This document shows, in pieces, positions 1-10,849 of a stretch of DNA of 48,923 bases. Position 1 is the first letter of the stretch. Each line of letters opens with the position of its first letter. Under the pieces are notes generated by a model that saw nothing but the letters and a program-made list of their open reading frames with translations, had not been told where the DNA came from and did not search any database. Made by a program: the position numbers and the translations under genes. This DNA comes from Atractiella rhizophila. Its lineage: Eukaryota. The DNA lies in the NCBI GenBank assembly GCA_021432655.1, contig MU271533.1:1-48923 (forward strand), in the 5' to 3' direction.

Positions 1-1811
1 CCGAGATCCATTTCGACGCCCTTCCCTATCCGCTCCCAATCTCCCCAAAACCGTCGTTTCGCCTTCCTCCATCCTCTCTCCAGCAACCATGCACTGCCCA
101 TCACGCCGAATGATGCTGTGCCGATGGACGTGCTTGGTTCCACCAAGTTGACCCAGTATGCTGAGGAAGGAAGAGCGAGGGACATGAAGGAGAGGCTGTA
201 TGTTCGAATGAGCAGAAGCTGTGCTTTGCGATGGAGGGAAGAGAGAAGGTTGGAGAGTTGGACGCGGCGTGTCTGAAGGGGGTGATATAGTGAGTAAGGC
301 GTGAATGGCGGGAATGGTGGAAGAGAGCTGAGTAGTGCAGGGCTCAGAAGATAGCTTGAATGCGAATCAATGGTTCTTTTAAGAATTGTTGATTGGGAAG
401 AGAGATAGCCAAGTTGGAATGAAAGCTGTTCGACCCGTTAACTCTGAAACGACGTAGGAGGAAGGACATACTTCTACCTCCAAAGTGCGAAGATAGAGTC
501 CTTCCAGAGCGCTCTTCGTCTCCACTCCCAGATCGTCGCTCCTCCAAAACAGCTTGAACCACGCGAACCTCTTGTCCAACAGGTCCCCCAAGACCTCTTT
601 CGATCGCATGAATAGCCTGTCATCGACCACTAGACTTCCATCTTCGTCCACGCTGAAAACTTGGCAGATATCCTTCTCTTTACCCAAAAGCTCCGCCATC
701 AACCGATCGATAGCCTCCCGCTGTTCGAGTAACCATGCCCGCTGGGAGGCAGAGAGATTGGAGGTAAATTGTAATGCGGAAGAAAGGAGAAAGGGGGTTG
801 CTGAAGAGGAGGATGATATGTGTGAAAGCACGTCTTTGAGCTTCGTGAGGCCGGACGATGACAGTGAGGAAATGTCACCCGGTTTTTCAGCTAAGAGCTG
901 TGTGGATATTTGTAGTACTTGAGCGTTGGGAAGGATTGATGGTGTTACAGGGGAGGCATCTTCGAGGACGAGATAGAGCTGAGGAAAGTTGCGAAGAACC
1001 GAGAGGAGAGGAGAGAGGTGGGTTTGCAGTAGAGTCTGTGTCGACCCGCTAAGACAGAGAACAACCGCTTCAGAGCCGTAGATGACGTCTTCTACTGAAG
1101 AAAGTGTAGTGGTATCAGGACTCTCAACCACGGCTCCGAAATCTGGAAGATGAAGTTCTTGAATTTGGATATTGCTTTGGTTCAGCCATGGGTCGTTGAT
1201 TTGGAGATCCAAGTCTGAAGCGGATGGTTCTGAGGTGGAGTATCTGTAACACCATTCAGTCAGCCGGTTCTAGCGCTCTTGAGGGACACATACCCAATCG
1301 AGCACTTTTGAATGCCCTCTCCAAGATCGGTATATGACCGACTCCTGAGCAACCGAGAGTTCGTTTGGTCACTTGCCAAAGTATCTTCTAGTAAAGCGGT
1401 GACAATAGTCTTGCATTTCACAGCATCACCAAGAACTGCGATTTAGATCGCATTGAGAATCAGAAATTTAAGGCAGATAAACGAGCAAAGTATGTGCGAC
1501 TAACCAACTGTCTTGGACGGGAACGAGTCGCTCTCCTCCTTCCTGAGTGCAAGCTCAAGCCTCCTTTCCCAGCTTTCCACTTCTTCCTTATGCTTTTCTA
1601 CAGATTTGAATCCATGGGCTCTGTCCCCAAGATGAAAGCTCTTGACGCGTTCTTCTTGAAGGAGGAAGCGAAGGTCTTTGAGTGCGCGTTTGCGAATGAG
1701 TTTTGGAGGAAGAGCTATGGTCCTTGACGAGACGTCTCTCGAGCCATCTTGAGTGCCAACGAAGCGCACAAAACGACGCGTGATCGTTGGTCTCGGCTGC
1801 CGTGCTAACAT
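1..1811 (-). CDS. Mmc1-like fungal mitochondrial membrane protein; spliced, 3' end runs off the window
   Basis: ATG at 1811 opens an Arg-rich presequence-like MLARQPRPTITRRFVRF. Later exons give IVTALLEDTL, FAWFKLFWRSDDLG, LYHPLQTRRVQL..LHRKAQ and W..A..RFWGDWERIGKG, resembling the Mmc1 C-terminal domain. GT-AG introns at ~1437-1504, ~1247-1292 and ~427-470. Confidence 0.7.
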
Positions 1812-2740
1812 GAAAGTTTTTGAGTGCAAATGTTGATGAGGATTGAGCGGAACCTAGTTTCAAATAGCCATGTCTTTGCGCAGCATTTATTTCGCCCCTT
1901 AACTGGGCGAGGGGCTGACTGATGCTTCTGGAGCAACGACGAAGTGGTTTGGGTCTCAAAGTCCTGTGCAGTTCTCCTGCCAGGCACACAGGGCTCTGAA
2001 GGCGGAAGCTTTCATCCCAAAGTCGCTGAATCCCGCGGTAAGCGTCTTCACAAAAGATTGGGGCATGTTATGCTGATTGGAACAATCCGTGAAATCAGCT
2101 CTCAGTTGGAGTGACATCCTAGGCTCTCGCTCTCCACAGAAGGAGTGTCGGTACGGTCCAACCGCAGCTCCACATGCTTTAAGGAGTTGTGGTAAGTGTC
2201 TCTTTCTTGCGGTGGGGCAAAAGTTGAGAGTCGGTTTTGCATGGCCAGCTTTCTCATTTACGTTCTGTCGCACACCCATCATCCCGCTGTATCGTCAATC
2301 AGTCTCCCACAAAATCCACGATCGGAATCTTTCTTCCACAGACGGCGCCCCCGACACGCATTCAGTAGTTCGAGAATGTTGCAGTTTCCTCGAGATTGTT
2401 CGCTATCCCTCCTCTAGCCGCTTGTACCCTTGACTTTGGAGATGTATACGCACACCATATTGCTTCATTTCAAGTGGCCGCCGTAGGGTGGCGCATCGCG
2501 GAATGATTCGCAGACGGTCAGTATTCCTCCAGCAAAGTCAACGTCCATGCCTGGATCGCTGTGGATATACGGATTCTCTCTCTTGCTCTGGTAACTACCC
2601 ATCCCTCGACTACCGTCTTCGTACAATGGACACGCCACCCGAAGTACACGTTCCTGGACAATCCCGTCCTATTTCGTGGTCCTCTGCTCGTCCCATCGAG
2701 CTTTCGCTCCTCTCGAGCACTTCCGCTCACCGCGAGCAAT

Positions 2741-3010
2741 TCCCGTCTCGTCAACGCTGAGAGCTGCCCGTGCCTCTAAATCGACCTACCCGTCCAGTCA
2801 ACGGAGGAGTATCAGACTCTGAACCGACCACCTTTTCCCGTTTGGTCAGCGGTGGGAGATTCCAGAACTCTCGAAATCGACTACTTTGCCGTCTTGTCAA
2901 CGGACGGAGCCGCGCAGCTCTAAATCGACTACCCCTTCCCGTTTGGTCAGCGAAGGGAGTGCTTTGCCCTCCAAATCGACCCCTTCCGTATCTGGTCAAC
3001 GTGGAAGGAT
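2741..3010. repeat. Degenerate tandem array of 5 full units plus 1 partial unit (~43-51 bp), each able to form a stem-loop
   Basis: Units start at ~2741 (partial), 2774, 2817, 2868, 2918 and 2968. Consensus CTCY(n)AAWYCGAC-(pyrimidines)-CCGT-NNNGTCA-RCG-(purines)-GGA(G). Spacings of 43/51/50/50 are mostly not multiples of 3. Confidence 0.85.
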
Positions 3011-4429
3011 TGAAGCTTCATCTAGACTGTAGAGGACGCCAGCTTGCTCATCCTTTAGCACGGTCCTCCACCTGATACGTTTTTGCTCTTCGCGACGGGC
3101 ATTATTTTCCGCTCTGTTCGCCTGGTTCGACGATGGCTGCAGACTTCGATTCATCTGGTCAGATTATTCGGCCCCATCTGCAGGCTAATCATCCAAAGAA
3201 CCAACATCATTTGAAATACGTTCTCACAATCGGCTGTATCCACGCATCTCAGCCAGCTCATGAAGTTTCGAAAGGCGATCGCCAACCCGAAACGACCCCA
3301 ACTTTTCAAGATATCGCCCGGGTCGCCACGCACGACCCTTTGACCCCCGGCTCATCTCCCACTCGACGTATTTACATTCTGATCTATTGAGGAAGCAGTC
3401 GCAACCTCGCATTGTGCTCTGGCTCAGTGATTGGTTTGGAGCCGCCTGCTCCCCCACTCTTATGAGCTACCATCCGCGTACAGTCGAAGCTAGAAGCAAT
3501 AGACAGCTGTGTATGTACGAGATTGAGAACTTTGGACCTGATCTCCATGGACGACGGATGCTCTGTCAATCTGCATCCTGATCTCAGTGATGTGGTTCGT
3601 CCATCCTTTTTGGTTAGGGGAGAGTCGTTTATAGCTGACTTCCGACTTAGACTTGATGTTTCTCTCCGTCTTCTCGACATCGACAGCTTGTCCTATCACC
3701 TGTTAACCTTACCAAAACCGACCTCCGAGTAGAATCCTGCCCGTGTTTGCGCCTGATATTACCCTCTCGTGTGCGTTGATCATTGCCTACCTCTTGCAAG
3801 CTCAAACCGATGCTCTAGGCTGAATAGGCGCCAGAACGGCTCAATAAATGCCTCAAATATAACATGGGCACCGTCGTCCTCAGACTCCTACTCGAGATTC
3901 TGCAACTTTGAAATCCTTCAAGTTCTTCAGATCGTGATGAGCAACTCCAGCCTATCTTTCGAAAACTCGATCCATTTTCTCACCCCTTCATCAAAGAGAC
4001 TGCATTCCCGTCGAGCGATGGAGCCGACCGTAGACTCCCGCGCGAGTTTGACGATTCGCCATCCGACGCTGCATCCTTGCTCTCTCTCTTCGCAGAGGAG
4101 TTGCGGGTCAGATCGACCCGCTTAGAAGGATGAGGGTCTTTCTTTCTTGATGGAGGCTTTGTGGGGGCATGAGATTGGGCATTGGAGAAGGGAAGTTGGA
4201 GGAAGGAAGAACGGAGCTTTCATTCTATCGTCAGGTGCCTGGTTTACTCTTGCTTTTATGGGAGAAACAGCGCTGAAATGACCCCACAGCTATCGGGCGA
4301 GAATTTGATTGTTCCTGTACTAGCCAGCGTCATTTCAGTCGGTGGTACAACATGAAACGTCATCAATTTCGGAATCTATCAGTGCCATCTGTAGGATGAA
4401 AGTCGATTTAAGTCTCAACCAAAGTGCAG

Positions 4430-5647
4430 TCAATCTCTGTTCTGCTTCCTCCCAGCTTCATCATACTCTTTCACCTCCTCTTCAGTCAAACTCGGCCAGT
4501 TGTGGCTGAACACTTCCAAATTCTCTCTGAGCCTCTTTTCCTTATCCGTTGTCGTGACGGCAACGATGCCCTTTGCTTTGAGCCAAGCGAGAGCAACCTT
4601 TGCGTCATGAAGCATCAGCACCTAAGATCATTGAGACAGTGAGTAGATCACACCTGTCCTTGGTTTACCTCATATCCTACCTCCCCGCTCAAGCGTTTCG
4701 CAATCCTGGCTGCAACCTCATCAATGGGCCCACCAGGGTATTTGGTAACCTATCGTTGCCGACATTTCAACAAGGCTCGCGAAGAGGACTGCAAAAACGC
4801 ACGGGAGATAGAGGAGAGTAAGCCTCCCAACGGATCCCATATTCCCTGCCAAAGTCGACAGTCTCATCCTGTGTCGCGTGATTGTATCCATGGTATCTGA
4901 CTTGGTTGACAGAAGGAAGGATTGAAGCGATTTTGAGAAGAGGAGTGAGATCAGTAACGTTGTAGTTCGACACTCCTATAGATCTATTCTTCGTATTAGG
5001 CACTGAAAAGAGCAGAATCAAGAACAAACCGTGCTAGACCGCGACGCCTGAGAGACTCCATTTGTGGCCAGACTTTCGTAATATCTTCGACGAGGAACGG
5101 GAAGTGGAGGAGGTATAGGTCGACATAATCGGTTTGAAGCTGTAATCGTGAGCGTACATGAGTCGTTACACCATTCTAGTGAGGCAAGAGCAGACCTTCT
5201 CTAGACTAGCCTTCAGGTTCAGCTCCACATCCTGCCCTTGCAATCCATCGAATTTTGTCGTGATATAGACTTGTTCCCTCTTCAGACCACTAGCTTTGAT
5301 AGCAGTTCCAACGTTCTCTTCATTCCTATAGAATGCTGCATTATCTACACAAGGTTTTCAGTGATGATTCTAAAGATAACGAGGACACGGGAGTGCAGAC
5401 CGATGTGCCTCCATCCCGTCTTCAACGCAAGCAGCACATTATCCGTCACATTAATACCCTTCCATTCGCTTCCCACTCCGTATGCGGGGGAAGGAAGAAA
5501 GGTGCCATCGTTCAGTTCATAGAGTGTATGAGCAGGGAAGCGTGCTTGAGCTTGTGTATAGGAATGGAGGAGTGGGACTTGAGATTGGGAGGGTAGGGGG
5601 AAGGCAATGCCAAAGAGGGAGAGAGAGAACAGGAGGGGAGTCAGCAT
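4430..5647 (-). CDS. Aldo-keto reductase with an N-terminal signal-peptide-like extension; spliced
   Basis: Exons give PSPAYGVG, GWRHIDNAAFYRNE, VYITTKF, DYVDLYLLHFP, SIGVSNY, PSVNQV, AYSPL and VALAW. The D/Y/K/H tetrad is intact. Confidence 0.9.
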
Positions 5648-5899
5648 GGTGAAAAGTCGCAAAGAGAACAAAACCGTCTCAGATGATGAAGGATGATAAA
5701 GGTGGTGTTGGCGTGATTTCGCGCGATGCGATAATAATTCTGCTCAATTTGAATTGTTGCATCTGAGTTCGGCCCGCCTCAAATCGCGGTCGCGATAACT
5801 CTCTGATTGATGCGGCCTATACTCCTTATTCAGTTCAGGCCACTATAAAGTCATACAAAGGACTGAACGAAATGACAAAACATGCACCATTCTGCTACT

Positions 5900-6857
5900 C
5901 TACTCTGCGACCTCACTGGTCGGAAGCCCTAAGTAGCGAATTAAATCGTCGTCCCCAACCCAATCAATTCCGGATTCCAGGATGAGACTCTGCTCCCCAA
6001 ACAGGAAACCCGTCGTTAGTTTCCAATATGATCCCAAATAGCAGACTGAGGGTGAACATACCTGCAGTACGCGTTGGAGGAGCGCTTTTTTATGCACCAT
6101 CAAGTGGTCATAATCTTCTTCCCTACATCAATGATCAATACACAAGTCTTAATTTCAGCTTGAGGTAATGGAAAGCAGGACATACAGTGTGCTGGGAGTT
6201 TCTCCGTTCCTTTTCTGCTTCTCCTTCGAGTCTAGCATAATCTGCAGCTCAGCGTTCACGTCGTGTTGGTCTGCAGAACAAGAGGAACATCGGTTAGACA
6301 AAAAAAAGTAGATCCTAAATAACGCAACGACGTAGGTCTCTCTTCGCTCGAGCGACTTTCATCTCCAGTTCTTTGAGCTTTTCTTCCCGCGAGAGTTTTG
6401 AGCGTGCAAGTTCGTCACAGCGTTGCATCAACGTAGCTATCTCTCTTAGTAAAATCTCTGTCACTGTTTTCCTGGTTAAGAATGAAGATGGGACTGACAA
6501 CGCGCGCGCCGAAGACCCCGAGGTAGCCACAAAGCTAGTTTGTGCTCTGGCAGCTACCCATCAGCGGCTATTACACTAATTTGTATCAATGAAAATGGCG
6601 CACGACTCGACAATTAAATCCCTCGCCAGCCGCCTCTTCAATTCTTCTACTTCTCTCTTCTCCTCATTAGACAGCGAGTTAAGGTCCATAGTGAAATTCT
6701 TCTCAATCAAGTCTACGCGTTTATTCGACAGGCGCGACAGGAGAGCATCGACGTCGGCTTGGAGCGCGTCCAACTCTGCCACTTCACTGACAGTAACATC
6801 CATTGGTTCTTCTCCACGAGGAGACATTTCAGGTACACTGGAAAGTGGAGAGCTCAT
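5900..6857 (-). CDS. Probable centromere protein H (CENP-H/Mcm16/Fta3 family); spliced
   Basis: Coiled-coil-rich exons end in QRVLQ-SLILESGIDWVGDDDLIRYL, matching the CENP-H C-terminal LI.GSG(V/I)(D/N)W..D..L motif as recalled. Confidence 0.65.
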
Positions 6858-7161
6858 GTTTGGCAGCGGTCGCTTTGGATATGGTCGTGGTGAACTTGTA
6901 GCGTTGCGGTCACGTGAGCATGTATAATGAAGCGGAGCGCCATAATCTAAGGAAGTTGGTCATTATTGCAATAGTTTTGCAGCGAAGAATATAAAGTGAG
7001 TAACACATCTTAATTGTTCAAGCGTTCAAGGGGAATTAGGATGGGTCCAAGTTCTCTCGTCGAAGTAGTGGAAGATGATACATTCTAACACTGTCGCCAA
7101 CAATATACACGATAATCGCTCCACATCAAGCATCGTCCAAGACGGTGCCCCAGTCCAACGA

Positions 7162-8643
7162 CTACTTATCAGTTTTAATCCTCTTTCCAATCTGTGCCTG
7201 GTAACCGGTCTTGATAGCAGTGACCGACCGTCTGGAATTACAAGTCTGGCAAGAGACGAAGAAAAGACGGTTGTCTTTCTCCAGCAGTGTATCGGGGGAC
7301 TTGCAGATCTTGCAGGTTACGTATTCCACTAGTTCCCAAACAGTCCACCAGCGTAAGATTCTGTTTATCATCAATAGTAAGACTAGAGGAGGTGACGTAC
7401 GGATATATCGCCTCAGCACGTTCTCAATCTGTTTCCCCTGAAACCTTCCCTTAATGACAAGACTGCCGTTTCCGTCTACACTCCCAGTCGTACCCAATTC
7501 TGCGAAGAGGAATTGAATAACGTGTTCTGGGGATCGATGCATTTTTCGGCAGATCTCTCCCACATTGGTGAAGATTGATCGTTTGTTTCCTTCCTTTTGC
7601 ACTTGTGGAGGAGCGAGGGTGTACTTCTTGGCGCCGGTCGTGGAGTAGGGAGAAAGATTGGGGTGTGAGAGATAGAGGGAGGTGTAAAAGCGGCCCAAAA
7701 GCTATTTTCAAACAGAGCAGTCAATCTGCATATCTCAATTTTCCCATAAAGTGGTGGGACTAACCTCGTTGTATTGATAATCGCGGTCCTCCTTTAGCCA
7801 CTTCTGGTCTCTGGCAGCCTTCAAATACTCCGACATCTCCTCATCATCATCTTCCTTCTCATCTTTGCCTTCCTCTTTCCCTCCATCCTCTCCTCCCAGT
7901 GCTCCAGTGCCCGACACCCCTGAGGCTTGAAGCTCTTTCTCAAATGCATCCAGGTCGAAATCTTTCTTCTTCTTCTTAGTACTTTTCTTCTTCAGGTCTG
8001 AGAAGTCATCCTTTAATACCATACCAGGGTTAGCAAGACAGTGAAGGGGTCAAACGGGACGGCGGCTTACCTCTGCCTCGCCAGACGCCGCTGCAGCTTC
8101 CACTGATCCAGGCTCCGACAGCCCAGCCTCCAGGGGAACATCCAACAGTACCTTTTTCTTTGTTTTCTTCTTCTTCAAATCCGCAAACTCGTCATCATCG
8201 CCTGCGCCAGAAGCCTCGGGGGCAGGTTCTGATAGCGGAGTAGCAGCGGCAGGGGAAGCGTCGTCGAGATCCAGTGCCGGCTTCTTCTTCTTCTTCTTTT
8301 TGAGGTCAGAGAAGTCATCCTCTCCTCCATCTCCTTCCACGCCCCCAGCCACTGGTGCAGCTTCAGAAGCAGGAGCTGGCGCACCATCAACCTCATCCAG
8401 ATCGATCTTCTTCTTCTTTTTCTTCTTTAAATCCGCAAAATCATCCTCTCCTCCATTGGCTTCCTCCTTATCTTTCTTCCCGTCCACAGCAGCTTCTCCA
8501 TCGAGATCAAGGACCTTCTTCTTCTTCTTCTTCTTCAAATCTGAAAAATCGTCCTCTTCAACAGCAGCGGCCGGAGTCTCTGGAGCGTCTTCTGTGACCT
8601 TTTTGGACTTCTTCTTCTTCTTTAGGCCTTCGAAATCGTCCAT
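7162..8643 (-). CDS. SUI3: Translation initiation factor eIF2 beta subunit; spliced, exact start uncertain
   Basis: Poly-Lys boxes, then [63 protein letters not shown] and the C2-C2 zinc finger [19 protein letters not shown]. Confidence 0.97.
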
Positions 8644-9469
8644 CCTGGGCGAAGATTAGTGTGTAAGTGTTGGTTGATTGGTTCTTGCCACCCGTGACTC
8701 AGTCTGACATTGACGGACATGTTGAGAAACACCACCACCAACCACCAACATAAAGTCAAATTAGACCTTGGCGAGAGTGAAATAACGACGAGATTGAACC
8801 GTGAAGCCGGTGGTAGAGAGGAGCTCCATTGGCAGCGAAGCTAGCAGTTATTCAATTGCAAGTGAGTTATCTTCAGGGTTATGATTTCATTATTAGGCTA
8901 CTTGCGCGTTTGTCTTTTGAGCATGCTTATCATTCTAAGTCACTACTGTAATGTCACGATTATCGTGACTCCTCTGATGCTAGTCGTCTTTGCTCAACTC
9001 CGCTCACTGCACTTCGTATATCCTGCTGCTTTAGCATTAGCATTTGATGCACATGAGGAAAAGGTGATGGCGTAATAAACCGTGAAAGTAGGCCTTACTA
9101 AAAGGTGGCACTGACGTCTCGATGTTTCACTGAGACAATGAACCATCGAGAGGAGTAGAAACGTTCTGTCCCAGTCTCTGAGGTGATATTCTGTTGTGGC
9201 GAGCCCATAATGTGGGCCAATGACGAGCTTACATCTTGTCTCGCCAGTGGTCGTAGTTTTTCTAGACACGACCATTAATTGCGCGCAATTTACCAAAAAA
9301 CCAGCAACCTCCTTCATCGGAAATGTGATTGTATGCAAATGTCTGAATCTGCGATCTGAAGCTAGTACGATGACCAATGACCCTCTTCCCTCTCTCCCGT
9401 TTCCTAACTTGTATCAAGAAAGGACGAATTTTCATACCCAGTTGAACAGAGAGACACTGTGTGGCGGCA

Positions 9470-10618
9470 ATGAAACTCCCACCTATGGTCTACGGTACTG
9501 CCTGGAAGAAAGAGGCAACCGAATCATTAGTGCTGCAAGCATTCAAAGCAGGATTCGTTGGCGTCGACACGGCATGTCAACCCAAGGTCAGGCGCTTATA
9601 GCAACCCATCTCAGACTAACTCTAGAGCCAGCACTATCATCAACCGGGAGTTGGAGCAGCACTTAAAGCCTTCGGTGGACGACGGGAGGACGTATGGATT
9701 CAGACGAAATTCACCTCGATCGACGGACAGGACCTGAAGAAACCTCTGCCTTATGATAAGAATGCGAGTGTGGCTGAACAAGTGCGTCTCCGCTAAAGTT
9801 ATCGAGAGCGTACGAATTTGCAGCAGGTTCGCCAGTCCCTCAACAAATCTTTCGAGCAGATAGGCACGCAGTTTCTCGATGCATTACTTCTCCACTCCCC
9901 TCTTCCTACATTTGAAAAGACGCGAGAGGCGTGGACTGTTCTCGAAGAAGAAGTAGATAAAGGTCGCGTAAGTGTTTCACGATTGTTTAAGTTGCATACT
10001 GATCATATTGCACAGATTGGCGCCATTGGAATCTCCAATTGCTATGATGTTTCTTACCTCCAGCGATGCTTCTCCGAGTTTCGAATACCGCCATCTATCA
10101 TGCATGTATTCCCTCACTGTTTCCTTCGTAGACTGATTTCTGCTTCTTCGTTTCGGTAGTCAGAACCGATTTTATGGTGCAACACAGTACGAGAAAGAAA
10201 CTCTCGCGTTTCTACAGAAGCAGCCGAACAAACCCGTCCTGCAGACGTTTTGGACTTTGACAGCAAGTCCGTTTGCACTCCTTTCAGCTTTCTTGAAAGT
10301 AAAGCTTATTGCAGCGTGATCGTAGATCCTGACGTTCTCTCCTCCAAACCTTTAGGAGATCTGAAAGGCTCCTATAGTACTCTATCTGGAAAGGAGCTGA
10401 CAAAAGAGCAAACACTCTACATTTTCTTGATGCGACACGGTAAGTTGTTGCTCTATCACATTTCCTTAGCTAATGCAGTGTTAGATATCTGTCCTTTGAA
10501 CGGCACAACAAATCCCAAACACATGGAGCTAGGCATTGAGTGCATCCATCTTGTCGACAAGCTGAAGGGGAACACAGTGCCAGAGGAAAAGCAATTGGCG
10601 GAAATGCTATGGGGTTAG
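9470..10618 (+). CDS. Aldo-keto reductase family protein; spliced
   Basis: MKLPPMVYGTAWKK..GFVGVDTACQPK, HYHQPGVG, WIQTKFT, LDALLLHSP, IGISNCY, QNRFY, QTFWTLT, PLNGTT. Confidence 0.9.
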
Positions 10619-10849
10619 TCAATGAAGGAAAGCAGAAAGCACATTCAATGGTAGTATTGCATACGTTCAAAACAATGTCTGGATGTAAACACGATGTACG
10701 CTCTTAATAAATATCTTGAATGGGCCTCTGTGTAAAAAATGAGTTCAATAAAGAAGCAGAATAAAGAAAGAAATGGACAAGGCACGTGATATGTTGTCGG
10801 AAACTCGGCCGGCACTCGACAGCTCAATCAAAGACTGAACAACGGCATC

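Noticed and set aside
2741..3010. Repeat array read as a CRISPR array or as a coding repeat (ORF 2770-3075)
   Set aside because: Eukaryotic context, degenerate units without unique spacers, no cas genes; spacing mostly not a multiple of 3, so the peptide does not repeat in frame.
8300..8659. Poly-Phe/Ser ORFs on the + strand
   Set aside because: Antisense shadows of the eIF2-beta lysine boxes.
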